Positions 43,080 through 56,160 of a stretch of DNA of 64,000 bases are shown here, piece by piece. The number at the start of each line of letters is the position of its first letter. Position 1 is the first letter of the stretch. The stretch is from Octopus vulgaris (lineage: Eukaryota): the NCBI GenBank assembly GCA_951406725.2, contig OX597830.1, positions 74,524,001 to 74,588,000 of the forward strand, written 5' to 3'. The notes under the pieces were generated by a model, which saw nothing but the letters and a program-made list of their open reading frames with translations, was not told the DNA's origin and did not search any database. The position numbers and the translations under genes were made by a program.

Positions 43080-43581
43080 TGATAGATAGATAGATAGTTG
43101 GATAGATAGATACACCAGTTCATATCTATATCTATATATATATGAATTCAAACGTATACACATGAATGTGTCCATGTTTAAGTAAAAGTCGGAAGCACAC
43201 GTACGCCCACGCACCTATGACTATGTATGTGGAAGTATTTGTGTGTAAGCATCTTTATATGTGTATATATGCTTCTATCTATATATGTGTATACGTGCTT
43301 CTGTGTGGTTGTGTACGCAAACGGTCTTTAAGCCCACGTGTTCACATCTATCTTTTATATTATTTTAGGTTACTGGAGTGCGCCCAAGCTGGAGCAATCT
43401 CTTCATGGCCTTATTGGAACGTAATCAAACCCAGTTCTTAGTCGTTATTTTTTAAAAACCTGTATATTTATTCCAGCTGTACCTTTTGGCGGACACCTAA
43501 GTTGGGTTGACATTTGCAATATACCAACGGTTGTCGAAATGTGGTGGGGGGGAAAAACACCATCACGAAGTTTCAAACACG

Positions 43582-43662
<81 letters not shown>

Positions 43663-43689
43663 AAGGGTGAAAAGGAACACACGAGTTGA

Positions 43690-43973
43690 TATATATGAAA
43701 AAACAAGTCAAAAATAGAAAATGCTAAAATAATTTTATAGTGAACATTTCAGACCTCCGACACACAAGTGCAAACAAGGGAGTCAGAGAAAGGCAGAATG
43801 CCACTTAAATCTGAACACTACTATAGAAATATTCTTTTAAAAAAACTTTTCTTCTAATTTTTCTAAATTTAATTATTTAATCGTTACAGTTGAAAAGGTC
43901 TCAAAATGACCGAAACCGGTACTGAAATGTTCACTATAAAATTATTTTAGCATTTTCTATTTTTGACTTGTTT

Positions 43974-43985
<12 letters not shown>
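43690..43985 (+). mobile_element. ~295-bp (TA)n-flanked mini-element with a perfect ~60-bp inverted repeat and a hammerhead
   Basis: 43694-43752 is the exact reverse complement of 43922-43980. Confidence 0.75.
43887..43924 (+). ncRNA. Minimal hammerhead ribozyme with a U3-A8 core variant
   Basis: cag TTGAAAA ggtc-tcaaaat-gacc GAAA ccg GTA ctg. Palindromic accggt stem III; predicted cleavage after 43921. Confidence 0.65.
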
Positions 43986-44026
<41 letters not shown>

Positions 44027-44040
44027 TATATTTTTTTTCT

Positions 44041-44343
44041 CCTCTAGTTTCAGCTCAGAGCTGCGGCCATTCTGATGCACCGCCGTTTTGTGCTACACTG
44101 TTATTACGAAGAACCTCGTCTAACATGTGGCACTTGGTGAAGAATGAAGTTTGATATAGCTACTCCCATTTGCACCTCTTGCCGTGAGGTAGGTTCATCT
44201 GGGACTCTTGACAGGAAGATGTCCAGCTTTGATTTAAAAACCGCTACATCTACTTTGTGCAAGTTCCTCAGACTCTTTGGGAGAATATTAAAAAGCTGTG
44301 GGCCCTTGAATCCCAGGCTGTTACAGAAGCTGGTCCTGAAGCG
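44041..44343 (-). mobile_element. 3' end of a CR1-like LINE (ORF2 C-terminus and 3' UTR)
   Basis: Minus strand reads SLGFKGPQLFNILPKSLRNLHKVDVAVFKSKLDIFLSRVPDEP..AISN..HQ. The 3' UTR is ggcggtgcatcagaatggccgcagctctgagctgaaac. Confidence 0.8.
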
Positions 44344-45104
44344 TATATAGATATTTATATATGCATATAAATATAAATTAAATTAGAAATAAAACCACTA
44401 TTAGGCAAATCAAACAGGGAAAAACATAAACCAAAACATAGAAATAAAAATAATTAATATAATATACAAAATATATAATATACAAAATTAAAAAATTAAA
44501 TTATTTAAATTTAAAGTTAAAAATTTAAAATTAATTATTTATTTTTATATATGTATATATATAACACTACTTAGGGCTAGCATTTCGTTATTTTCCTCGA
44601 TCGGTCTGTCTACTAGCGCGAATCAGTCAGTTGGCCGAATAATAAATATAGCTATGGCTTTATAAGTTCGTTCAGAGTTGTCTCTCTTAGGTATATCTCA
44701 TTGAGAAGGCCCAAAAAAAACTTGAAATATCAATGTGTGATTCATAATAGATGGTGACACTGAACAAACCGGGTGTTTTCACACTTTTTTTTACCATAAG
44801 AGAGATATATTCTCCACAGTAACTGCAGAGTATTTTTCTTTTATCAGTTGAAATATGTCGCAAACATATTTCACCTAACCTGAATTTTGCATATGCCGAA
44901 ACACTGATTAGCGCAAACATTTCGTTTTATATTATATTATATTATATTATATTATGAGGAAAAATCAAAACCATAGCAGAATGTGTATCTCAAGTCATTT
45001 AGAATAATTTAATTAGGGTAAGATGAATTTGAAGATTTACAGCCGTTTCTGGAACAACCCGAGTGGTTGGTTAGCATGTTCGTACACTGGGTATTCCGAT
45101 AAGA

Positions 45105-45262
45105 TTTACCCCAGTACGCAACTGGTACTTAATTTATCGAACTCGAAAGGAGGAAAGGCAAAGTAGAACACGTCGCGGAATTTGAACTCAGAACGTAAAG
45201 ACAGACGAAATACCGCTAAGCATTTTGCCCGACGTGCAAAGCTTTCTGCCAGCTCACTACCT
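45105..45262 (-). mobile_element. SINE family B
   Basis: gcggaatttgaactcagaacgtaaagacagacgaaataccgctaagcattt...tctgccagctc. Confidence 0.8.
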
Positions 45263-45324
45263 TAAATTACATCAAAATATCAATTTCAATTTAATGTACA
45301 TACATGTTCGAATATATATTTATA

Positions 45325-45912
45325 CACAAATCGGTGTTTAAGAAGGTCGCTTTGCAACTGCCTGGTTCGGGTTCACTCTCGCTACAAGAAATCTTGGGCA
45401 AGTGTCTACTACGGCCCCGGTGCGACTAATGTCTTGTGAATGAATGGGGTCGACATATATATCTATGTGTGTCGATCTTTATCTCTTTGTTTGTGTCCCA
45501 GCACCACTTGACACCGGTGTTGCTTTGTTTAAATCTCCGTAAGTTAGCGGTCTGGCAAATTGATAGATTACTGAACTGAACAAAAAATAATATTCAAATC
45601 GATTAGTTCGACTAAAATCATTACAAGAAATCTTGGGCAAGTGTCTACTACGGCCCCGGTGCGACTAATGTCTTGTGAATGAATGGGGTCGACATATATA
45701 TCTATGTGTGTCGATCTTTATCTCTTTGTTTGTGTCCCAGCACCACTTGACACCGGTGTTGCTTTGTTTAAATCTCCGTAAGTTAGCGGTCTGGCAAATT
45801 GATAGATTACTGAACTGAACAAAAAATAATATTCAAATCGATTAGTTCGACTAAAATCATTAAAGCAGTGTCTTAGCAAGGCTGTAGTCCAATGACTGAA
45901 ACAAGTAAAAGA
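45325..45912 (+). mobile_element. Old SINE family A containing an exact 239-bp tandem duplication
   Basis: 45383-45621 appears identical to 45622-45860. Tail ccaatgactgaaacaagtaaaaga. Confidence 0.8.
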
Positions 45913-45923
45913 ATATATATGTA

Positions 45924-46472
45924 TTGGGTTGTACGAAAAGTTCGTGCCGATTTATAGTAGGTTACCTTTCGACTTATTTTAGAACACGGTTGAATCTATA
46001 AAATATGAATTGACTTCACCTCCATTTAGAGCACAGTTTAAACTATCTTTTCGTGGAAGAAGGTTTATGTTCCTAGAATCTGTGTTAATTCTTTAACCCT
46101 TTAAAATGGAAGATAAAGTTCACTTTCGGCACTTGATGCTTTGGGAACCAAACAACAATTGCTGCAGCTCGGCTAGGATGTGTTACCCGACCCTCCATAT
46201 TCACCAGATATTGCTCCTTCGGATTTCCACGTATTCAGGTCTCTGTAGATAAAAAATTCAATTCCTTGGATGACGTAAAAAATACCTTGATGAATCATTT
46301 GCCATGAAACCACCTCAATTCTAGGAATAGGGTATTTTCAAGTTAAAGGAAAGATGGAGACGCATTATGCAACAAAATGGTTCATATTTGGTTGATTAAA
46401 AATGTAATGGCAAGTATTTATTGACAGTTTTCTTTCCTTTAAAAATCAGCACGAACTTTCCGGACAACCCAA
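45924..46472 (+). mobile_element. Internally deleted mariner (non-autonomous) with TIRs and TA flanks
   Basis: TA-ttgggttgtacgaaaagttcgtgccgattt ... aaatcagcacgaactttccggacaacccaa-TA. The N-terminus MEDKVHFRHLMLW is followed closely by DVLPDPPYSPDIAPSDFHVFRSL. Confidence 0.92.
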
Positions 46473-47170
46473 TATATATGTGTACGTTTGTGAGTGTGTA
46501 AGTATGCGTGTGAGTGTGTGTGCATCTGTATCTGCCTCTCTGTCTATATGTATGTCTGTATGTGTGCGTGCCTGTGTGCATGCGCGTGTGTTTGTTTGTA
46601 TATATGTATAACCTCACCGGGGGCTTACCGCTAAATCGGTACGTCGAAAAGAATTGCGTTGCGACATTTTGTTCACTTTTATAACGTTCCCTTTTATAAC
46701 GTTCGATGATTAGAATTAACGTCTCTTTAGGAATTTACTTTTACGTCATGAACTTCGGTAAACACAATCAATTATATACACCCCGACTTGTATGACCTTG
46801 CGCCAATGGACATATATATATATATATATATATTATATGTATTGGGTTGCTGATGTGTGACAATTTCTAATAAATGCTTTGCAGTTGTATTTCGTTTGGA
46901 TATTTTGCATCCTGGTATCAAACTTTTGTTTTCATCATTCATGTGGTCGATAAAGCAAATAGCACGCAAATATGTATGGATTTTATCGAACAGGAATTAA
47001 CAAGTACACAAGTACACTAACACACATACACGTACGCGCGAGCACACAGACGCACACTATGCTCACACACACAGACACACACACGGCTTTCAGATGTTTA
47101 TATAAGAAAACTGTTTTGTTCTTGATGCATACCAGGTAAATTTTGCTTCAGTCAATATATTACCAATGGC

Positions 47171-47752
47171 AAGGCTACGAGCTGGCAGAAACCTTCGCAC
47201 GGTGGAGGAAATGGTTAGCAGTATTTCGTCAGCCGTTACGTTCTGAGTTCAAATTCCGCCGAAGTCGACTTTGCCTTTCATCCTTTCGGGGTCGATTAAA
47301 TAAGTACCAGTTACGCACTGCGGTCGATATAATAGACTTAATCCGTTTGTCTGTCCTTGTTTGGCCCCTCTGTGTTTAGCCCCTCGTGGGTAGTAAAAAA
47401 TGGGTATTTCGTTTGCCGCTACGTTCTGAATTCAAATTCCGCCGAGGTCGACTTTGCCTGTCATCCTTTCGGGGTCAATTAAATAAGTACTAGTTATGCA
47501 TTGGGGTCTATGTAATCGACCTAATCCCTTTGTCTGTCCTTATTTGTCCCCTCTTGTGGGCAATAAAGAAATAAGAAACGTTAGCATGACGGGCGAAATG
47601 CTTAACGGTGTTTCGTCTGTCTTTACGTTCTGAGTTCAAATTCCGCCGAGGTCGACGTTACCTTTCATCGTTTCAGGGTTGATAAATTAAGTACCAGTTA
47701 CTACTGGTGTGGGTCCAATAGACTGGCCAATTCCCCCAAAATTTCGGGTCTT
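47171..47752 (+). mobile_element. SINE family B multimer (three tandem core units)
   Basis: acgttctga.ttcaaattccgccga.gtcgac...cctttc.gggt occurs at about 47240, 47420 and 47625. Confidence 0.85.
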
Positions 47753-48364
47753 GGGATATTACCAATGACATTCTAGATGTGTCCAACTCGTATTTTTATA
47801 CATTAGGGAGACTATAGTCCAGAGTGTTTGCTTCCTTTGTTTTAAGATAGAACAGGGTGGTGAAAGAAAAATATCACTGCTATTTCTCATAAATAGTATA
47901 TCCTGGGAGGGGTAAACTCATTGTTCTGAAGACACGTGCCTGAGTGGTTAGCATATTCGAGTCACGATCTTAAAGTTCGTTACCTATCGGCGCGTTATAT
48001 CCTTGAGCACACGTTCTCTGATCTCTACAGTGTCTCTCTGTGACATGTGTCTCCTCTGGCTCTGTCTATTTCATTTTGTTCTTCTGCGGCATATATCATT
48101 ATCTGCGCATGCGCTTACGTCCATATCTGTGAGCGCGGGTCCCGCGTGCGTGTATATGGGCTTCTATACTACACTGTTTGTATCCGTGTCTTTTGTGTTT
48201 TTCCTTCCTCCTTTTTCTTGTAATAATGTTAAAACTATTTCATTGATATAATCAGTTAATCTACTTTGTTATCGACATTGTGTTCGAAATGCTTAATTTA
48301 ATCTCTATTATACCATTAAATAAAAGAGAATGAAAGCATTTGAGGTTTGATTCGTTCTACTTCG

Positions 48365-48870
48365 TCCTCTAACACTGGCGGTTGAAAGAGAGGAGAACTC
48401 TTCAACCTGTATGAATGGCCTTAAATGCTTGCAGTAGAATTGACTCCGGCAAAGACCCCCAAATAAAGGATGTTACTGTTAGAACAAGTAACTGGTTAAG
48501 TATAACCTCTCCCAAAGCAAGTAAACGTCCCTCGCTCAATCCCGCTGCATCATCTTCCAGCACTGATGGGTGAAAGAGGGGAGATATCTTCAACCTGTAT
48601 GCATGGCCCCAAATGCTTGCAACTGATCTGACTCCACTAAAATCTCTCAAATTCCAGGAATTAGTGCTGCAGCAGGCGACTGGTTAAGTATAACATCATC
48701 TGAAGCAATTACAATCAATTCAACAACTATTTTGTTTTATCTTTTAAGCTGGAGAGATGGTATTGATCGTGACCCTCCACATGGTTTCCGAAATTTGTGG
48801 GATGGGAGAACGTATTTTCAAACCGAAGTCCTAGCTCAAATGCTTGCCACAAAGTGGAATCTGCAAGAAA
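48365..48870. repeat. Diverged ~188-bp tandem repeat (two copies and a faint third)
   Basis: ttcaacctgtatg at 48401 and 48589; actggttaagtataac twice; aaatgcttgc three times. Confidence 0.75.
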
Positions 48871-49351
48871 TGCCCAAGGAACATGGTTCAATCGAGGGCC
48901 GGATTAACTCTGTCAACCAAGAATATATATATATACACAGTGTACTACTAAATCTTCCTCTCAGAAAACTGCAGCTGTAGTAGGGAACAATAAAACAAGA
49001 CGATATACACTGAGTTTTTCGATTGAAAAACTATGATTTCGAAGCAGAATTAGGCTCACGAAACACCTGCATACAGATTTGATCGAGTATCCGCTATTTA
49101 GCGATCATTATAAACAGTGTTGTTTGGCAGCAAGCTTTCATTCAGTCAAGAGAGGGTTAACATCGATATCTAACCTGATCGCATATGTACTAATTTATGT
49201 CGATATATAATTGCGTGTATTAGAAGGAAAGTAAAACGCAAACGAACACAAATAAACTCCAAGCCACACCTCATTAATCAGAAACCTTTTTCCTCGTTCC
49301 TTTTCAGATTTAGCGGGGGAAAAACGGAAACTTGTAATTATGTGTGTATGC

Positions 49352-49397
<46 letters not shown>

Positions 49398-49544
49398 TTA
49401 TGTATGTATGTATGTATGCATGTATGTATATACATATATATTTACATATATATGTATATATATATGCATATATATACATATATATATATCTATACATGTA
49501 TATACATATATAAGCATATACATATAGTTATACATGTATACATA

Positions 49545-49575
<31 letters not shown>

Positions 49576-49643
49576 TTATTTATTTATATGTATATATACA
49601 TATGTACATCATAAATACATATGCATGCATATATATATGTATG

Positions 49644-49745
<102 letters not shown>

Positions 49746-50474
49746 TACATATACCTATATACATATATGCCCTCAGCTGCATATATACGTTTGTGTATAT
49801 ATATTCATATACAGATCTCTGCGTATACCTATAAACACACTACATGCATACATAAATAGATAAACGCATAAAATATATGCAGCTCTGGAAATATAAGTTA
49901 TATTTATAAATGTATAAGTGTATGTGAGCTTACGTGGGTGTGCTTACGCGTGTCCATTGTCGCGTGCGTGCCGAGTGAAGTGTGTCTGCATTTGTATGGT
50001 TGTATTTGTGTGAGTGTATTTCTGTTTATAAATAAAAAATGAGAAGAAAATGAAACGATGGTATTTTTTCCATGTATACCACGTCTAGTCGTACAGACAC
50101 CGTACCTGGCGCCTGTAACAGAGACAAAACCGCAAATAAGTATCAGCTGTATATGACCAGTCTATAACTTGTACAGTTATATAATTATTTGTAACTTCAC
50201 TTAAAATAATTAGGATCTTTCAAAAATTTCGATAAGCCCCAAAATATTAATATACGTGAGCGCGTTAGTGTGTGTGTGTATGTAGGTAAATATCATCAAA
50301 AAAAAAAAAAAAAATCAGGGCTCATTAGCCCACAGAATTCTGGAGCAATGTTGTTTCAACATATTGCGTGTCGTCAGTCAGAAGTGACCGGGCCTTTGAG
50401 CCTAAGCCGCCCCTCGATTTGTTTATACTTTCAGAGAACAAATTGTTTGTTCACGAGTGTTTCTTTTGGCCCAC

Positions 50475-50868
50475 TTTACACTTTTACACTTTTACTTGTT
50501 TCAGTCATTTGACTGTGGCCATGCTGGAGCACCGCCTTTTGTCGAGCGAATCGATCCCAGGACTTATTCTTTGTAAGTCTAGTACTTATTCTATCGGTCT
50601 TTTTTGCCGAACCACTAAGTTACGCGGACGTAAACACACCAACATTGGTTGTCATGCGATGCTGGGGGAACGAACACAGACTCACAAACATATACACACA
50701 CATACATATATACGACGGGCTTCTTTCATTTTCCCTCTATCAAATCCACTCACAAGGCTTTGATCGGCCCGCTCACAAGACTCGCTCTAGGTGCCACGCA
50801 GTAGGATTGAAGCCGGAACTATGTGGTTCGTAAGCAATCTACTTACCACACAGTCACTTCTACGCCTA
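50475..50868 (-). mobile_element. SINE family A, diverged, near full length
   Basis: cttttacttgtttcagtcatttgactgtggccatgctggagcaccgcc...acttaccacacag. Confidence 0.85.
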
Positions 50869-51204
50869 CTAATAAATAAATCTTTGCTTTCACCGTGTAC
50901 TAAGAGGTCTGGAACGAATATTTTCATATCTATCCTTAATACGTCTAGGCAGGTCGTTATCGGTTAGCAGATACAAGCCAGATCAGTAAATGTGTACACT
51001 GAAAGTATAAGCAAGGCCAGTGAATTGGTTTAGGCTCAACTCTTTGGTTACTTCTGTCTGACGGCACATTTGTCGGAAGATATATATGAGTGAGCGTGTG
51101 CTTATTGGGAGCATTCGTATGAGTGTGCGTGTGTGTGTGTGTGCGCGCATGTGTGACTCAATAAAATTAGAGTACATAGAGTAATGTATGCGTGTACAAA
51201 TTAA

Positions 51205-51372
51205 TATTGGTTTCAAAGTTCAGCAAATTCGTGGAAGGAGTCAGTCGTTTACATCGACCCCACTGTTCGAATGGTACTTATTTTCTCGGCCCCAAAAGAC
51301 TGAAAGTCAAAGCCAACCTCGGCGAAATTTGAACTCAGAACATAAAGCGACCAAATGCATCTTACCCGGCGC
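51205..51372 (-). mobile_element. Degenerate SINE family B
   Basis: acatcgaccccact...ggtacttatttt...cctcggcgaaatttgaactcagaac. Confidence 0.65.
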
Positions 51373-51573
51373 TCAGGTATTCCTTTATGCTTACTTCAAG
51401 TCTATTGGTGACAATCATCAGACCACAAAACTTACTCTCTCAAGATTTTCAGAGAGATTCTACATACGCTATGGTGTATAAAACATGGACAGTAGAAATA
51501 TTTTTTCTCCTATAAAATTACAATGCAATCTCAAGAATTATTATTTTGAAAAGTATACGATCATTAGTCATTA

Positions 51574-52115
51574 TCTATTATCTAAAATCTGTTCTGTGTG
51601 TGTGTGTGTGTGTCTTCTAGGATCTCGGGCATCCTCCATCCGATTGCGCTCAAATTTGATATGTAGATACCGACGATATCAGGGCGTGTATAAGTCTTGA
51701 AAAAATTACAAAAATCGATTCCAGGTGAGAATGCGATTGATAAAGCCGTGAGAACGTGCATTTGTAGGCGCAAGTACATCAGCTTTTGCGATCGATACTA
51801 CGCGTGCAGTTTGCACAAAAAAGCCAACTGGCTTGAAATGATGCCACAGAATGCAGTATATTGAAATGTAAGGTGCAAAAGAGATATTTTCTTCAAACTT
51901 GGCATGAAGGAAGGAAAGACTATTTGGTTTCTCAAGAAGGTTTTTCTTTGCCTTAACTTTCTTTATTTCTTCTTTTGCTGGTGTCTCAAATTTAGGTCAA
52001 ATCAGTGTTTCTCAAAGGGGAGGCCTATGGGACGGTCGGACAAGTTGTTTTGAGAACATTTGGTTTAAATGTCTGACAACTCAGCAACGTCCATTGGACG
52101 GGGGCGTTTTGCTCG
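51574..52115 (+). mobile_element. Non-autonomous Helitron-like element
   Basis: 5' A|TCTATTATCTAAAA followed by (TG)n. 3' hairpin cgtccattggacg (52088-52100) lies about 11 nt before CTCG|T, a decayed CTAG. Confidence 0.6.
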
Positions 52116-52157
52116 TATATATATATACATATACATATACATAAATACATATACATA

Positions 52158-52296
<139 letters not shown>

Positions 52297-52749
52297 ATAT
52301 GTATACATATACCGGTCACTCTTTGCAACACCTATCTATGTTCGGATTGTCCTTGAACAGGGGCCATCCAGATTCCCGTTCCCGCTGTGAATAGGGATGA
52401 AACTTCTCTCTTCGGTCCTTTACGCCACATGGGCTCAACTCTCCTCCTCTCTTCATTTAACCACCACGTCAAGGCCACCAGCCCTCAACCACACGCAAAC
52501 CTCTTACTACACAGCTGCTCCTGCGCCTATATATCTATATATAACATAAATGATATATAAATATATGCATATATACATACATATATGTACATACCTAAAT
52601 ATATATATGCACATACCTAAATATATATGTATATATACATGCATCAGCGGCTATTCTCTCTTTCTTCCACTTCCTTCCTAAAGACATGACATGCTTTTAT
52701 CTGTCTCTTCTCATCAGGGCGCTCCTTCAAGACTCGATATTTTTATAGA

Positions 52750-52945
52750 TTTCAAATTTTGGTACAAGGGCAACAATTTCGGAGGACAAGATAAATCGAT
52801 TACTATCGTGCTCAACCGATAATTATTTTATCCACCCCGAAATGATGAAACTAAAAGTCGATGCCGCTGACAATTGAAATCAGAACGGAGATTCGGGAGA
52901 AATGCCGTTACGCATTTTTCCCGAGACACTAACCAGCTCGCCCAC
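52750..52945 (-). mobile_element. Degenerate SINE family B
   Basis: tttcaaattttggtacaagg...ccccgaaatgatgaaa...ccagctcgcc. Confidence 0.6.
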
Positions 52946-53204
52946 CTCACTACACAATATATATTGAGTATAACATGATTTCATTCAATTCAATCTATCG
53001 TCTAATATCAGTCTTCACAAAGACAATCCGCTTAAAGAGGTGCACGCTAATATATTTCTTCTTCGTCGTTCTGTCAACTCATACTTGCTTCAATGGGCAC
53101 TCTAGATACGAAACTCTGAGTATTATCATCGTAAATCATTATTATAAATGTAATTGCTATATTATGTATTGAGAAATTTTTCGTATCGTTTGTTGACATA
53201 AACT

Positions 53205-53299
<95 letters not shown>

Positions 53300-53327
53300 G
53301 TCTGTCTGTCTGTCTGTCTGTCTATCA

Positions 53328-53373
<46 letters not shown>

Positions 53374-53900
53374 TTAGCTATCAATCAATCTATCTATCTA
53401 TCTATCTAGCTAGCAGTCTGTCTATCTCTCTATGACTCCATCTACCAGTCTATGTACGTATGAGTTAGTTAGTATGTGTATGCTTCTAAGTATGTATGTA
53501 TGTATGTATGTATTTATGTATGTATGTATGTATGCATGAATGCATGCATGGATGCATGTATGTAGGAAGTGTTTCAAAGAAGTGTTTAACAATAAAATTC
53601 AAACAGTATGGCTACGATATGTGGAAATAGGAAATTTTGGCGACGAATGGAGTCAGACGTTATATCATGAGATATAAATCATACATAAATCATATATAAA
53701 GTGAGAGGAAAATGCAGTGTGACGCAACCAAATCAGCGGCGACTCTCTTCTCACCAGAAACAACAAATTCTTCGTCCCGGAGAAGATCTGTAGATCCAAC
53801 ACTGAACTATATATTCCTATATATATCCTTGCAATTAAGTTAAATTAAATATGCAATTCTCCGCCTCTCCGAGGCATTGCTGACTGTCAGGATGATATAT

Positions 53901-53936
<36 letters not shown>

Positions 53937-53954
53937 GCCACTACACTCATTTTT

Positions 53955-54109
53955 TTCTCTCCTTGTTTTTTTTTTGTGTCCCATTGTGTAGAAGAGCGTA
54001 GGCTCGAAACGTAAAAGACTTTCTCTATTCCTGAGCGTTATACTAATACATCTGTTTGTTTTGTACACCACCTGTCTGCGTCTTTCGTTTTTTTTTCGTA
54101 AACTCTCCG

Positions 54110-54110
<1 letters not shown>
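53955..54110 (+). mobile_element. Short repeat with a decayed hammerhead-like end (PLE-like)
   Basis: gaa gagc-gtag-gctc GAAAC GTA, flanked by (TA)n. The CUGANGA box is not intact. Confidence 0.35.
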
Positions 54111-54147
<37 letters not shown>

Positions 54148-54708
54148 CGTACGTATGTGTGTGTGTGCGTGACTACGTGCGGTTGTATGCGTGTGTTATG
54201 TTGTAAAGACGTTTATGTTTTAGCTTTATTGAATCCATTAACATTTTACACGTTTCTCAATCAATTCATTTTAATTCGAATATTAAATTTATCAATTCAA
54301 CCAACACATTTTCTTGATGAAGTAGTCACAGCGTGCCTACTTGCTGCCAATTTTATTGGGATTGCATAACTAACGTAATTTCAGATATTTATTATTTGAT
54401 CTAAATTTCATCAGTAAAATGCTTCAGTTATATTTGTGTTTAGTACATGTTATCACTTTTCGTATTTCCGAGTAGGTTACCATGTTATTTCCTTATATAT
54501 ACATATTTATTTTTGCTTTAGTGCTTTGTGATCTAGTTTATAACAAGTAATACAAGTAGTAGGTGTATGATGACCCGGTAGGGTCCAATGTGCTTATGTA
54601 GCTAGTATTACATTGGGAGTCATGACGTTTACAAATTTCGTGCTTGCAATAAAATTTGAAAATTATTTCCGCTATACGTAGATTATTCGTAGGCAAATAA
54701 GAGCATGG

Positions 54709-54751
<43 letters not shown>

Positions 54752-54920
54752 TATACATACATACATACATACATACATACATACATACATACATACATAC
54801 ATACATACATACTTAAATACATACATACATATATATTACAATATAAATGCAAAAGAAAAAGGACTTGGTGTTTGATTTTTCCATGGGTATGAGTAAGTAT
54901 TTCACTTATATCTCGCGTAT

Positions 54921-54979
54921 TTGCCGCTGAAGAGGAGAAATTCTTATGAATTAACTCCGAAATTGGTCCAATGCGGTAA
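54921..54979 (+). ncRNA. Type I hammerhead ribozyme motif (position 17 is G, so probably inactive)
   Basis: ttgccg CTGAAGA ggag..ctcc GAAA ttgg-t-cca ATG cggtaa. 6-bp stem I. Confidence 0.65.
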
Positions 54980-55198
54980 TAACGAATATTTTAGAAATTA
55001 CTATCGGTTTGTTTCGAGACCCATAAATTATAATTGGTTAATTGACAATTTTTGTCTTTTTTTCGGCATATTTGGCATTGGAATTTTTCTTTTGCCCTTA
55101 TATTATAAATTATTTATAAATTTAACCTATATGGTATTTTTTGATATGCTGACCATTGAGGAAATTTTTTCCCGAAAAAATTTTATCCTACATTAGTT

Positions 55199-55331
<133 letters not shown>

Positions 55332-55712
55332 TATGATAGATAGATAGATATATATAATAGCGTTCAGTAAATCAATATACATATCCATCATTTTTTGCTA
55401 AAATGTTCTACTGACGAGTTTGGTTTTTTCACTTCCCTGAAGTGAATATTGCATTGTTTTATACCATTTATTCTTTTGAATAATATCAATGAAATCTTCG
55501 AAACATGTGTCGAAAGTAAAAGAATTTGATTTATATCTGCGTTAAACTCCATTTATTTATTTATATATTATACAAAAAAATTCCACGTAAACAAAGTTTC
55601 TACCTTTAAAAACAACCAGTTACAACCTTTTTACTTGTGTGACTTTTTGCTACCCTGGTATCTATTTATTTACTTTTCCGTGTTAATTGTTAACAAGGCA
55701 AAAATACACTCA

Positions 55713-55758
<46 letters not shown>

Positions 55759-55761
<3 letters not shown>

Positions 55762-55912
55762 GCTGTGTGGTAAGTAGCTTGCTAACCAACCACATGGTTC
55801 CGGGTTCAGTCCCACTGCGTGGCATCTTGGGCAAGTGTCTTCTGCTATAGCCCCGGGCCGACCAATGCCTTGTGAGTGGATTTGGTAGACGGAAACTGAA
55901 AGAAGCCCGTCG

Positions 55913-55943
<31 letters not shown>

Positions 55944-56160
55944 ATGTGTGTTTGTTTGTCCCCCTAGCATTGCTTGACAACCGATGCTGGTGTGTTTACG
56001 TCCCCGTCACTTAGCGGTTCGGCAAAAGAGACCGATAGAATAAGTGCTGGGCTTACAAGGAATAAGTCCCGGGGTCGATTTGCTCGACTAAAAGGCGGTG
56101 CTCCAGCATGGCCGCAGTCAAATGACTGAAACAAGTAAAAGAATAAAAGAATAAAGAAAA
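55759..56160 (+). mobile_element. Near full-length, young SINE family A
   Basis: Almost identical to the 28184 copy. Confidence 0.9.

Noticed and set aside
44687-44920. ORF with a CSYCGEYI (GIY-YIG-like) motif
   Set aside because: A single weak motif; other conserved residues are not identifiable.
50335-50385. Minus-strand CTGACGA...GAAAC hammerhead-like spacing
   Set aside because: Stem II and the cleavage triplet do not fit; probably chance.
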